Source of the DNA: the human T2T-CHM13v2.0 reference genome, Homo sapiens
Strand: one strand, 5' to 3'
DNA length: 64,000 nucleotides
Assembly (NCBI RefSeq): GCF_009914755.1
Contig: NC_060925.1
The notes below the pieces were generated by a model that was not told where the DNA came from, did not search any database, and was given only the letters and a program-made list of their open reading frames with translations. Shown piece by piece: positions 14,466-26,244 of this stretch; within the stretch, counting starts at the first letter, position 1, and each line of letters opens with the position of its first letter. The translations under genes and the position numbers were made by a program.

Positions 14466-14581
14466 CCATTTTAATAGACTAATTTAATAGACATTTTAAT
14501 GGACGCGACAGCTAGGGAGACATTCATATCCTCCTCTAAAGCATAATTAGGTGAAATTGTTTAAAAGCTAGAGAGGTTCTA

Positions 14582-14800
14582 GGCTGGGTGCGGTGGCTCA
14601 CACCTGTAATCCCGGCACTTTGGGAGGCCGAAGCGGGTGGATCACGAGGTCAGGAGATTGAGACCATCCTGGCTAACACGGTGAAACCCCATCTCTACTA
14701 AAAATACAAAAAAATAGCTGAGTGTGGATCACGCCACTGCACTCCAGCCTGGGCAACAGAGCAAGACTCTGTCTCAATACAAAAACAAAAACAAACAAAA
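14582..14800 (+). mobile_element. AluY-like SINE with internal ~85-bp right-arm deletion
   Basis: Left arm with ctggctaacacgg diagnostic; right arm jumps gtgtgg|atcacgccactg; 18-bp TSD aaaagctagagaggttct (14563-14580 / 14801-14818) at a TT/AAAA site. Confidence 0.95.
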
Positions 14801-15889
14801 AAAAGCTAGAGAGGTTCTGTGGAAGAGGTTCCAAAATTAGAGGAAGTTTACATTTACTGAAAATAAATATTTCTTTTTTGAAGAGATATTTTGACTTTAG
14901 ATTTTCACATTTTTATTATAGGTCTTTATAGGTACTTTATTGCATTGTAATTTACATTTACTTTTCAAGGGAGAAAATGCCACACTTGGCTTAATAAAAA
15001 TTTATAAACAAATCATTTTCTTTCATTGTTAGCTTACTGCATGTTTGTGTGTGAGTTTACTTGTATGTGCTTGTTGTACATCCTAAAAATGAGACAGATT
15101 TTTGCTTTAAAAAAAAAAAAGCTAACTAAAACTCTCTGATATTGATCCTTGTGCTAAACAAATATTTGAAACCTCTTGGGAGGAAATTATGTTCTTGTTT
15201 TTGTTTTTGTTATAGGATTGCTTGAACTGCTGTTTACCTTTCTCAGTGAGACAAATGGTTCTTTGATTTTGTAATATTGCCAGCAGAGTAAATGCATGGC
15301 CATCATTCAAGCTCGATATCAGAATTTTCACACTAGAGTCTCTTGAGTGTACAATTCGTGTTGCCCACACTATTTCCAAGTGTGATATATCCTCTGATTT
15401 CAACTTAGAAAATTAGTGTTCTTGAACCAGGCATTAAAACAGTTTCATTTTTGGTGCCAGGTGCCACCTGTGGTCACATACTTGTTTTTCCCACACCTTT
15501 CCTAGCACCTCTAGATAGATCTTTGGCTTATTCCCCTTCGTTGTTCAGGGTGGTTGAGAGCTGTAAAGGCAGCATATGTTCAGTCAGTACTATAGGCTGC
15601 TTTCACTGATTTATTTTTAACTTTCAATCCCTTCTTAAGTAATTGCTCTGGTAAGGAGCTATTATCTAATTTTAAACGGTGTACCTTTAACCTCCCAGCC
15701 GCCATAACAGGTATTTATTTAAATCAGCGTAGCTGCAGAGTAGCATAATTTTCACATGTGGCCCATTGAACCTGGACCCTTATTCCTGGTTTTTCTTATG
15801 TACATGCTGTGACTTTTAGAAGATTTCTCTGCTTCTTAATTTGGAAAGATACAGATATTTTTTTCAGTTGTATTTCACAGTGGTCAGTT

Positions 15890-16185
15890 ATAATGAAATA
15901 ACCATCTGCTTAAATGCAAGAGACAAGAACTACTTAGGTTTGAATTCCAGGTCTACAGCTTACCAGTTTTATGATCTTTGGCAAGTTACCTGACCAACTT
16001 CCCTATGCCTTCTCTCTAAAGCAGTATAATAATTGAAACATCTTATAAAACTACCTTATAATAGTCCCCGTTTTCACTGGACTGTGAGCCCCACAAGATC
16101 AAGGATTTGTCCTGTTTACTTCTGTCACCACAGGACCTAGAATTGTGTATGCCATGCAACAGGGCATGGTAAACTTTTGTTAAAA
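15890..16185 (+). mobile_element. MIR fragment followed by L2 3' fragment
   Basis: ggtttgaattccagg..cttaccag..gatctttggcaagttac (MIR), then gactgtgagccccacaagatcaagga..cctagaattgtgt (L2). Confidence 0.6.
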
Positions 16186-16512
16186 TTCAGCAAGATAATA
16201 CATAGGATGCATTGAACACAGGGCCTGGAGCACAGCAACAATAACAATAAAATATGCTTAGGTGTTTTTCCTCAGCATTATTAAAGCTCTTAAATGTTAT
16301 CGGTTGCACTTCAAAGATGACAAATTTTATTTTATAAATGTCTTTTGCAGAAGAAATATTGATCTCCTACTCAGCCATTCTATATTGACCTCAGTTAATA
16401 CTACTAACAATGAAATAAATTTGGCCTCTCTCCATTCTGTCTGCCAACATAATTTCTGGGCTGACTCATGAGTATGAAGGAAAGAATGGAAATTAAGTCC
16501 TATTCCCTGAAG

Positions 16513-16513
<1 letters not shown>

Positions 16514-16550
<37 letters not shown>
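16514..16550 (+). repeat. (TG)18 microsatellite
   Basis: Perfect TG dinucleotide run. Confidence 0.97.
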
Positions 16551-16552
<2 letters not shown>

Positions 16553-16799
16553 ATATCGAACTGAGGTGTAAGATGACTTGTCTCCTTTTAATTTTCCCAG
16601 CAAGGAATATTCAAAGCTTTCTTTTCTGTAGTTTGCTCTGATTCTAGGAGAAAGAAACTATATTTCTAAACTCAGTTCGTTTGTTTGTACTCTCCGACTT
16701 AAAACACTCTCACTCAGCTGTCCTAAGTAATAGTTTAAAAAGGACAATTTTTTTTTCCATTTTGTTTTCCAGATGGATTTTTGTAGAGTTTCTGTAAGT

Positions 16800-16940
16800 G
16801 GTACAGAATTTTAAAGCAAAAGGGACCTCAGAGATCAGCTCATCTTTCTCATTTTATCTTACAGATGAGGGAAGGAAATAAAAAGAGAAGTTAAATGGTC
16901 CTAACTAGTTAGTGGCAAATGTAAGATGTGAAAGAGATTT
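16800..16940 (-). mobile_element. MIR fragment
   Basis: agaattttaaagcaaaagggacctcagagatc..cattttatcttacagatgaggga..aactagttagtggca. Confidence 0.65.
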
Positions 16941-19900
16941 ATCTTTCACTGGTTTTGTGCTGCCTCCCTTGTTTAAAAAACACACAAAAAAGCAATCCAA
17001 AGCTAACTGCATGTGAGGATGCTTCAGTCGTTGTTTTCTTTTTTCATTCAAATTTTTGCAGAGATTACAGTGCTAAATTGTTAGCTAAACTATTCTGTAT
17101 ATAACCTGCTCTGATGAAAATTATCAATTTAGTGATATCTTCCATAATAGCAACATGTTAGCAGAACTTGTTGGTTCACTTAAACATATTGCAGAACTTC
17201 TAAATATCAGTCTTCATTTTATTCAGGATAAAGATTAGAATATATTTATTGTTTATGGAGTATATACCATATAAAACTTTTCTCATATAGCTAGAATAAG
17301 TCAATGTAATGAAAGGGATTTTTACATATGGATGACTGTCTTAGTATATTTTAATGTAATATTCATATAGAATAAAGAAAGGTCAGGTAAGATTTTTAGT
17401 TGTTACCAGTTTTCCTCTAATGTCAGCCTCTGTTTTTTATAATGTTATCATCCATTTCCTACTTTTATTCATGTCCGAAGGTTAAAGTGGCATAAGTATC
17501 TGCTATTGCAAAATGTACTTTCATTTTACCTACAATCATAAATTCTTGAAAGATAAGTGGAATTACATGTGCTGTAGTCTTCAAGCTTCTCAATACATAG
17601 GACAGTAATTCGCATGATCATTTTAATGTCTAATCATATCACTCCATAACTCTCTTTTCTTGTACAGCTGTTAAAAGAAGTCACAACATTCTTGAGGCAA
17701 CAGTAATCGTAGACACAGCTGTCATGAATCTCTGAAAAAGGTTTTTGGAAATAATTATATCTTCATTAATTTTGAAATGTTGAAAACATATCACTGCATT
17801 TAAATGTACTGCAAATTTTCCTGAGCACTTAAACTTTTAGGCCTCTCTGCTAGATAGAGAGAGGTAAGGACTAATCAGTTTACGTGATGGGGCTGAACCT
17901 CTTTGCTCAGTGTCAGTCAGCGTGAGTCCTTGTCCAGAACGGAGGGGCATATGAAGAAGCGTGTCAGGAGACAGTAGACCTCCCTCTTAGGCCTGTGTTC
18001 CCTAGTGAATTATGAATTTATCCTATTAATAATTATAGTGCAGAATACAAAGTTACTCATCTTATATAATGACTGTTGGAAATTTGTTGATCAAAGAGGT
18101 GAGTAGCATCCTTAGCTTTACATTTTAATATATACTAACGAATATATGTAGTTTAAATATTGAAATAAAACATGCTTATTTAATATAAAGAGGCTTGTTA
18201 TTTATATTAAGAATCAGTATCTAAATTTAAAGTATCAGTGTTAACTGAGTGTGTAACTTTTTGCAGTGACCTCCAGCAGCTCACTGAAAAAGGATTTTTG
18301 TACATTAACATTTTTTACATTTTAAGTTTAGCTTAGTAGAATTCCTAATCATTCTTTTCCTCTGCTCCCTTCACTTGGGTCGTCCTTGAGTTCAGTTTGT
18401 GTTGCAGTTAAGGTGTTATGCTGGGGCTAATCTCTGTAAAATGCTAGCATTTGTTCTTCTTTTTCCTTATCATCAATCTTTCACACTCATATCAAACCCC
18501 TAATGTACAGCAGGTTTCCCAGAGCTACTGGTTAAAATTACCTTTGCTTTTGGTAAACTCTGAACCTTCAAGCCTCAGTGTTTTCAGTTGCCCCCCTGTG
18601 GATTCTGTGAAGCCTCTCTCTGCACATTCCTCACTGCCAGTCACTTGCTTTATGTCCTGAAACCAGGAGCAGAGCCTGTTTATTATTCCAACTGTACCTA
18701 CCATCCTTCCTTAAATGGAGAGAATGTGTGAATATTTCCAATAATTGGTGTCACTTATGCAAACTACAGGTGAAAGTAGTTAGAACTCCCAAAGCTAGAT
18801 AGCTTGTGTTTATTTTACACAGTAATAATACAGATTCTTTAAACCTAGCTGTTTTCCAAAGTTCTTTGCTTTTCTGACACTATAGAAATTGGCGTATTTA
18901 CCTGTTTGTCTTCAAAGTAAATGCTACAATTAAATAATTTATGTCTTAAAGTTTGTCTCATTAATTTTTGTATATTAATAGTTCGTATTTTATTTAAGTT
19001 TCTTATCCTTCTGTTTGCATACTTTTTTTTTTAACGTTTCTTCATCACTTTCATAAATACTTTTCTTTCATCCAGTCTGACTAGGGCTATCCATGATTAG
19101 TAAAAACGGATTCCGATACAGGTAGGATATCATGGGTCATGGTACATGATGTTTTCACCTTTAGCTTAGTATAGTTTCCACACATAACTATTAGGTTATA
19201 ACTTTATTCTTTTGGCAAACTGACTCCTGCCTTTGAGTATAGTGCTTTGATTATTGGTGTGAATCTTTTTGTTGCTTCTGACTAAAGACCCCTATTCAGT
19301 CTTGTTAGTCTTATTTAAGATTTATAGTAAACACCTGGGGAGGTCTTGAAAATTAATAGAAAAAGGAAAATGCCCTTTTCTTTTTGAGTAGCAACATATT
19401 TTTGGTAGCCCTTCCCTCAGGTAAATAAGATTCTAAATATTCTTAAACTTTGACTTTCTATTTGGCAAAAAGCCTTAGACTAATGATGATGAAATAGCCA
19501 TCTGAGTTTGAAATTAAAGATACTCACTTTGAAAGTCACTTAAATATTTTTACACTTCAAAGTGTAACATATATGCTTTTGTTTATTTTCAAGTGTTTAA
19601 TAGCATCTTCTAAAACAGTCATTAAAAAAAGAAAAAGTATTAGCACATCAAAGCAAGCAATTAAAACAAAAATTATCTTGAGTGTCTTGTCTCTAAAAAG
19701 GTCTCAGTAGTAACAATAACTCAAGACATTTTTCCAGAGATGCCAGTGCCCTTTCACATTTGTTATTATATAATCCTTTGATGTACAAAAGTCTGTGGTA
19801 TTCTTTCTAAAGTGGAAGTAAGGCATCAAGTGTTATATCATTTGTTAACAGCCACGCTGTGTTCTAAAGGATGTTTCTGTAAAAGTTAACAAATATGATT

Positions 19901-20326
19901 TATTTACTCATACTCTACTAAATTGTTATATTATTTATTTTTAAATAAATTATCATGCTTAATTATTTGGGATATTCAAGCCATATTTTTTTAAAAAAAT
20001 AAAGCCAACATGAATCATTTAAGTAGGTATTCTTGGCAGAATTACTTTTTTTCCCTTAGTTATGCTCCGTTGATTCTTCTTGGATTGATCAAAAGGAAAT
20101 AAAGTTTAACCCACCACATTGTTTAGTGCAGTTGTTAGTGTACTATTTAAGGGTCAAGGAATAAAGAAGAAATTAAAAAGTTTTTAGTATTCTCAAAAAC
20201 AGCTTTCGATCCTAATGAATTATTTTGGTGATGTTTTTAAATTCAAAATTTTGTATGTAGTTTCTGACCACAGCTGTATCTTTATTTTTATATACCTCTT
20301 ACTTTATTTGGTTTGTTTTTTTGCAG

Positions 20327-20421
20327 TTGGTACGCCTTATTACATGTCTCCAGAGAGAATACATGAAAATGGATACAACTTCAAATCTGACATCTGGTCT
20401 CTTGGCTGTCTACTATATGAG
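20327..20421 (+). CDS. NEK7: NEK7 coding exon (probably exon 8), V197-E228: P+1 loop, SPE (APE-equivalent), SDIWSLG
   Basis: ttgcag|TT GGT ACG...TAT GAG|gtaggt; 95 nt, phase 1-0; (V)[31 protein letters not shown]. Confidence 0.98.
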
Positions 20422-23188
20422 GTAGGTAATGTTGATAAATTCCAAATATTGATGCAGTTTTACTTAGTATATTTCCTCTATCCTTATAGTATATACTTAC
20501 TTTTTTCTGGATGTTTAAGAATCACCTTTTTAATTGTGAAGAATTTTCGTTGGGTTAATAACTTTGTATAATGGAATTTAATAACTATACATTCCTACAC
20601 ATCTAATATATTTTTAAATTGTGTTCTTTTGATGAGAAGTTTATTTTTAAAGCATTAACTTTTATGTTAATATAACGCCTTTCTCTATATCTTGCATTTG
20701 TAAAAATATACGTTTGAACATCTGTAAATCTTGATCCATGCATTACAGGAGTGGCATAATGGATTGGATTTAATATATGAAAGTATAGTAAATATTTTTA
20801 TCAATATTTTATTTCACTTTTACACAGGTGTAATTTAGCATTAAGGATAGTATGCAAACAGATAGTTCTTCTAGGTTATCAATTTAGTTTCCATGAGTAA
20901 CAATTTGTATTGGTAAAGCTCAGTGAAATACTCTCTCTTTTGTTCTACTGGTGATCATTTATCAAAGGAAGATGGAATCATGTAGGTAGGTCCTCTAGAA
21001 ATGTTGCACTGTAATAATTTGGGTGGATAAAAGAAAGCATGTTAGTAACACATTTTACATCTGTGTTGGTATAAAAGTATCTCAAGCTAGTGACTTCTGT
21101 AATTTTGTTTTTTTAATTGAATGATAATTTTCCTAGGAATATAGGCTTCGAGTCAAAGCTGTTAATTAAAAATTAGTCTATATCTAAGTAGGTTTTAATA
21201 AAGTGAGGAAATGTAATACATGGAAGCATTTTCATATCCCTGTGTAGGAATCATTTTCATATCTCTGTGTATATGAGAGAAGTCTAAAGAGGATAAATAG
21301 AAACCAATGCATTTCCTACTATATATATTTCCTGTCTCTTGTCCTCCAGAATTAAATGAAATATATGATGAAATCATCTATTTTAATTGTACCACCATTA
21401 CTTGGAAGTAGAGCATTAGGAGGTGTTTTTTGACTCTTTAAAAATGTATGTCATGATCTTTTATTATTTTATTCATTGCAGATTCAAATTTCCTTAATTT
21501 AAGGAACCTGAAATTATTTGTTTTGTCCTTCCTACTAAAGTGACTAACAACTACTTAAAATGAAAGGATTTTTAAATATTCTTAAATAAACTCATACTTT
21601 GGATAATTTTTGTTATGAAAAATTATGAGTCAGTAATGTAACAAAACATGTTTTTATATGTGCACGAGATTACAAGAAATTACGCTCACTGTGTTATATT
21701 TTGTTAATAATTTGGTACAATCCTAAAAAGAACTGGATTGTTTATATTGTTACTATAATGTTTAAAAGTTAGTCACTCTGTACATTTAAAATATTTTATA
21801 TTTGTTTAGTTAACCTTAGATTCCTTTAGGCCATAGTCTAATATTATCAAAGCAACATATTCTCTTCAAATCCCTAAAAGTAAACAGCAAATTGGTTTCC
21901 AATAACTAGATTAAATTTAGCAATAAAAAAGAAAAAGTTCTGTTGAGGTAGTAAGTGGTTTTTGAGAGGAAGTTTGCATAATTCTTTTAGATTTAGCATA
22001 CTCATGTCAAAACTGAAATAATTTATCACATTTTGAATTTGCCTTTGAGAGACGGTGTCCCATTTTTGTATGGACTTAAAATGCCACAAAAATAAAAATA
22101 ACATCTTTGGACATTTCTACATCCATGAGTTATATGTATTGTGGATGATTTTGAGTTAAAGTATTATCATGCTAATGTTAGTTTTCATCTCAACGCATTT
22201 TCTTGATTTCTCCATGCAAATCTTTTAGAAGAACTAGAATTTTTCTAAAGCTTTAATTTAAATTTATGTTCTATTTCCTTTCAGTTGTGTTTCAATGTAC
22301 TGTTAATAGAAATAGCTAACAGTTTGGCTTTTAAAAATTGGTCATAACATCACGTATTTTGTATTGTACCCACTAAAAAATTACTATTAACAATGAAGAC
22401 GTAGGAAGCCTTTTTTGAAAATGTATTTTAAACTCAGAAAATTAGACTTTCAAATATTCCTGAAACCTCAAAAAAAAAAAAAAACTAGCAGTACAGTTTT
22501 AATTGATATGCAACAAAGTAGACTTTACTAATTAAAATCAAGATGCTGTGCTTTTGCTACACGGACCTTTACATGGAAAAGTAGGTTTTACACATTTCCT
22601 TTATTGTTCAGCGCAGCAATTGCATCCTTACAGGGTTGTAGGTTGGTGGCTTACAGTTCAAAAAAAAAGAGAGCTGCCACCAGCCCCGAAGACAGACAGT
22701 GGGCTTTCGTCCCTCCGACACCCCCAGAATACTAATCAGGAAAGTCAGACCCTGGAGGTCAGGGAGTAAGTCAATCATTCTAGCGATCGTCTCAGTGTGG
22801 AGGATCAAATTAGCCTGAAAAATTCAGCTGCTGGGAGGAGAGGGCGAGCAGCTGTCAGGGGCAGCATCGAGATGCACTAATGAACCAGATGAATAGTGCA
22901 AAAGCTTGAAAATAAAAACAGGACAGTTGACATTTTTCATCTGTCAAAGCAGGAGATGCATGAAAATATACTATTCCTGTTTAACTCCTTAGGGGACATT
23001 CAGATTTTTTTTTTTTTTAACACTCTGCAGTACTGAGAAAAAGGACTATAATGAACGCCTAGAATATGATAATGAATATATGTACATTTACTTAAGGTTT
23101 TGCAAACACGGAGAGACTATAGTTTATATATACAGTGTATTTTTAAGGTAAGATCTTAAAGTGTCCTTGCATTTAAAACAAAAACCAC

Positions 23189-23222
<34 letters not shown>
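23189..23222 (+). repeat. (ATT)11 microsatellite
   Basis: Perfect trinucleotide run. Confidence 0.95.
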
Positions 23223-24508
23223 GTGGTTCTTTTAGAAATTTCCTCTCAGAGTGTTTTATATGATTAGGGGCATTCAGATTGTTTTTAACTTTTTTCTCGT
23301 CATGTGAAACAACTCTTCCTAAGGTACTTCTATATAGTTGTGTGCACGTTTTATGTAAAACATAGGCAAGATAAAAATGTGTTGAGCTACTTTCCAGTTT
23401 TGATTTCCAATCCCATCCCCTTCTCATCAAGGCTCTGAAGGAGTTAAAGCTCTGTCTGGAGCACAGAAGACAGATGAGAGCCATTTTCAGCTTGTCCTGT
23501 CCCCACTGACGCTCACTGAGTAGCACAGCATGGACTAGCGTGTTTCACACACACTCTGCCTGTCTGGGGAATGTACACATTGTCCTTCCAAAATCAAACT
23601 TATTAGCACATGTAGAAAAGGGTGACTGACTTTGGGGCAGCCTGGCACTCCGTGTTGTATTCTTGCTGCTGTGGTTCAAAGATTTAGAAGGTTTTGAACA
23701 GGATGCGAACATTTTAAATTGAATTTTTAGTTTGTAACACTGCTTACCACAGTACTTGCTTGCACTTTAAATGTCAAGTTAGAACCTTGTCTTAAAATAA
23801 ATTTAAATTCGATAATGTCTTTTTTAAAGTTGTTCATCCTTTGGGTCGTGTTTTTCTGCATAAAAATCTCATTTGGAAGCCTTGAATTACAGCTATGACT
23901 CATAGAGCTTTTGAACATATTTAATTTAATGTTTTTGAGACATTATCAAAAGAGTTCTAATTCATTGTAAACTATTTGGGGATCAGTTATTGCATTTAAA
24001 TTGAAAAGACTGCTTTTTCTCAGAATAACCTTTATCTTCAGAAACTATTATGCAAGAGAAAATGCTCTGCATTCTCTTCCCTATGCTAGATTATAATTCA
24101 GTTTTAACTTCAGTTTCATGTTTGTTCTGTATGGTTGAGCTACACCTTGTGATGACTGTTTTGTTGTGAGATATAGTAGTTGTTTTTGTGTCATTATAGG
24201 TACAAAGAGTTTTTAAATTATGTGTTATTTTTCTTTATTGTTTTATGTTGCATTTGTATATAAAGAAATATGCTAATTCTCTATTTTAGGGAATTTTAAA
24301 TGTTGGAAAAAAAATAACCAAAAGTTGCAGTAAGATTTTTAACTCTTAATAAATTTCCTCAGAAGGGGATATTCATAAAAATCAAAATGCCCAGGTATCT
24401 CTATTTAAAATATTTGTGATTATTTTCTACCCCCGTATAATATACTTGATGAAATCACCTTTTAAGTTACCATCTAACTATATCAGTTTCATTGGGGGCA
24501 TTTTACAG

Positions 24509-24622
24509 ATGGCTGCATTACAAAGTCCTTTCTATGGTGACAAAATGAATTTATACTCACTGTGTAAGAAGATAGAACAGTGTGACTACCCACCTCTTCC
24601 TTCAGATCACTATTCAGAAGAA
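24509..24622 (+). CDS. NEK7: NEK7 coding exon (probably exon 9), M229-E266
   Basis: ttacag|ATG GCT...GAA GAA|gtaagt; 114 nt, phase 0-0; [38 protein letters not shown]; branch-like ctaac at 24474-24478. Confidence 0.98.
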
Positions 24623-26228
24623 GTAAGTCATTTTCAGCCCACATGTTCTTCTGTTGTCCATTTTGCTAACATTTTTATTTTACCAAGAAATTTTACTTTA
24701 TCCAAAAATGAAAATGAATGGTATAGGTAGCAGAACTAGCACTTTTTAATTCTGTTTTCATTCTCTTGGAGACTTGCTGTCTAAAGAGTTGACTCTGCAA
24801 TTGATAATGTGTAGTGCAACACAACACAGCATGTGGTGTAAAATTGGCCACTTTCTAGGTGTGATAAGAATAGTAGCTGACTCTACAGTGTACTGAATCG
24901 TGCAAAGGGCAGAATTAATGCTCATACTTAGGCTCTAGTTAATCATCATGTCTGATGGCCCTTCCTAACAGGGCTAACTCCTTATTCTCACAGTCCCAGA
25001 CCAGACCAGCACACAGTTGTAATTTTCTATTTTGGCAGAACTTCCCTTTCGTCCATGTTTTCCAAAACTCGAAACACGCATCTCTTAACTACATATCTCT
25101 GAGCCTTATTATTTAAGCTTTACCTTCTCTCCTTTGACAATACCTGTCCTATCATCACCTCACTGCTATACTCAGATTCTACTGGGGAAATGTTTCGAGG
25201 TTATCATTGTAGACATGTTTAAAAAGTGTGTTAGTTGTGGCTGAAAATCTTAGAAGGCTACCTTATTAAGATCTGAGTCTGAATGCTTGCTTGCTTGCTT
25301 TGGTAACCCATTGAAGTGAGTTGTTTTGGCTCTACCCTATGTCCAGTCTTTCATTGAACAAAACATCTCCCATTTTAGCCTAACGTATCATCATTTTACG
25401 AATATTTAAGGAGGATGTATGCAGAATAGCAGTATCTCAGGTCAACTAAAATGTTTCATATTAGCTCTTTATGGAATACTCATCAGGGACCTACCCAGAG
25501 AAAATAGTGTGTTGAGTTAGGACATCGCACCTTCTCATGAGCAACAGATTTTTTGCCTCAGGAAAATGGAAAGGAGAAAAGGAAAAATATAAAACAATTA
25601 TAATGTTCACTTATTAGGTAATCATGTCAGTCTTTCTATTGTGAAACGAATAGCATAGGGTCTTAGTATTATGTAAGGAAATTTGAGTTCGTGTAACTTG
25701 AATAATAAATATCTCTAAAGAATTTTCACCACATGTAAAGCATTTGTGTTCCTAGAATATAATAGGCACTTTTTCTTCTGGTAGTTTTGATACTGATAAT
25801 CAGTGATGCCTGTTTTTTTCTGCATAGCATTTGTATTCAGGTAATTAGAATAAACTGTTACAGAGCAGTGATGATAATTTAAAAGTATTATCTTTATTTG
25901 ATGTTAATACTATTATGTTAGCCATTTTTAATTACTATTTTGGGTATAGACTATAAATATGGCATTTCACAAAACCAACTTCAGAACTATAGGCCTGGAA
26001 ATACAGTGGGGTGTGAACAATAATGCAAAATGATAGCAAGAATGTCAGGGGCCTTTCTTTGTTGTGTCATTCATGCTGTCTTCTTTTTTCCATGAAGCGC
26101 ATGAATATTTCACATATCTGCATCCTCATCCCCTATTCTTCTTGACTAATTTTCAGACTGTCTGAATTTGCATTTCACATGGTAGCTGATTAGGAGATGC
26201 CGAGTGCAGCAGTGAAGCCTCAGCAGGC

Positions 26229-26244
26229 GGTTACCATGGTGACC
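26229..26244. promoter_or_regulatory. Candidate RFX X-box
   Basis: GGTTACCATGGTGACC, near-perfect palindrome, close match to the X-box consensus GTTRCCATGGYAAC (one mismatch); motif only. Confidence 0.5.

Noticed and set aside
15455-15480. CTCF-like tgccacctgtggtc
   Set aside because: One base out of register with the CCASYAGRKGGC core; unsupported
20215-20571. 118-aa ORF containing kinase motifs
   Set aside because: It is the 95-nt NEK7 exon plus open intronic flanks, not a separate gene
24416-24730. 104-aa ORF overlapping a NEK7 exon
   Set aside because: Exon 24509-24622 plus intron read-through; nothing in the sequence shows the extension is used
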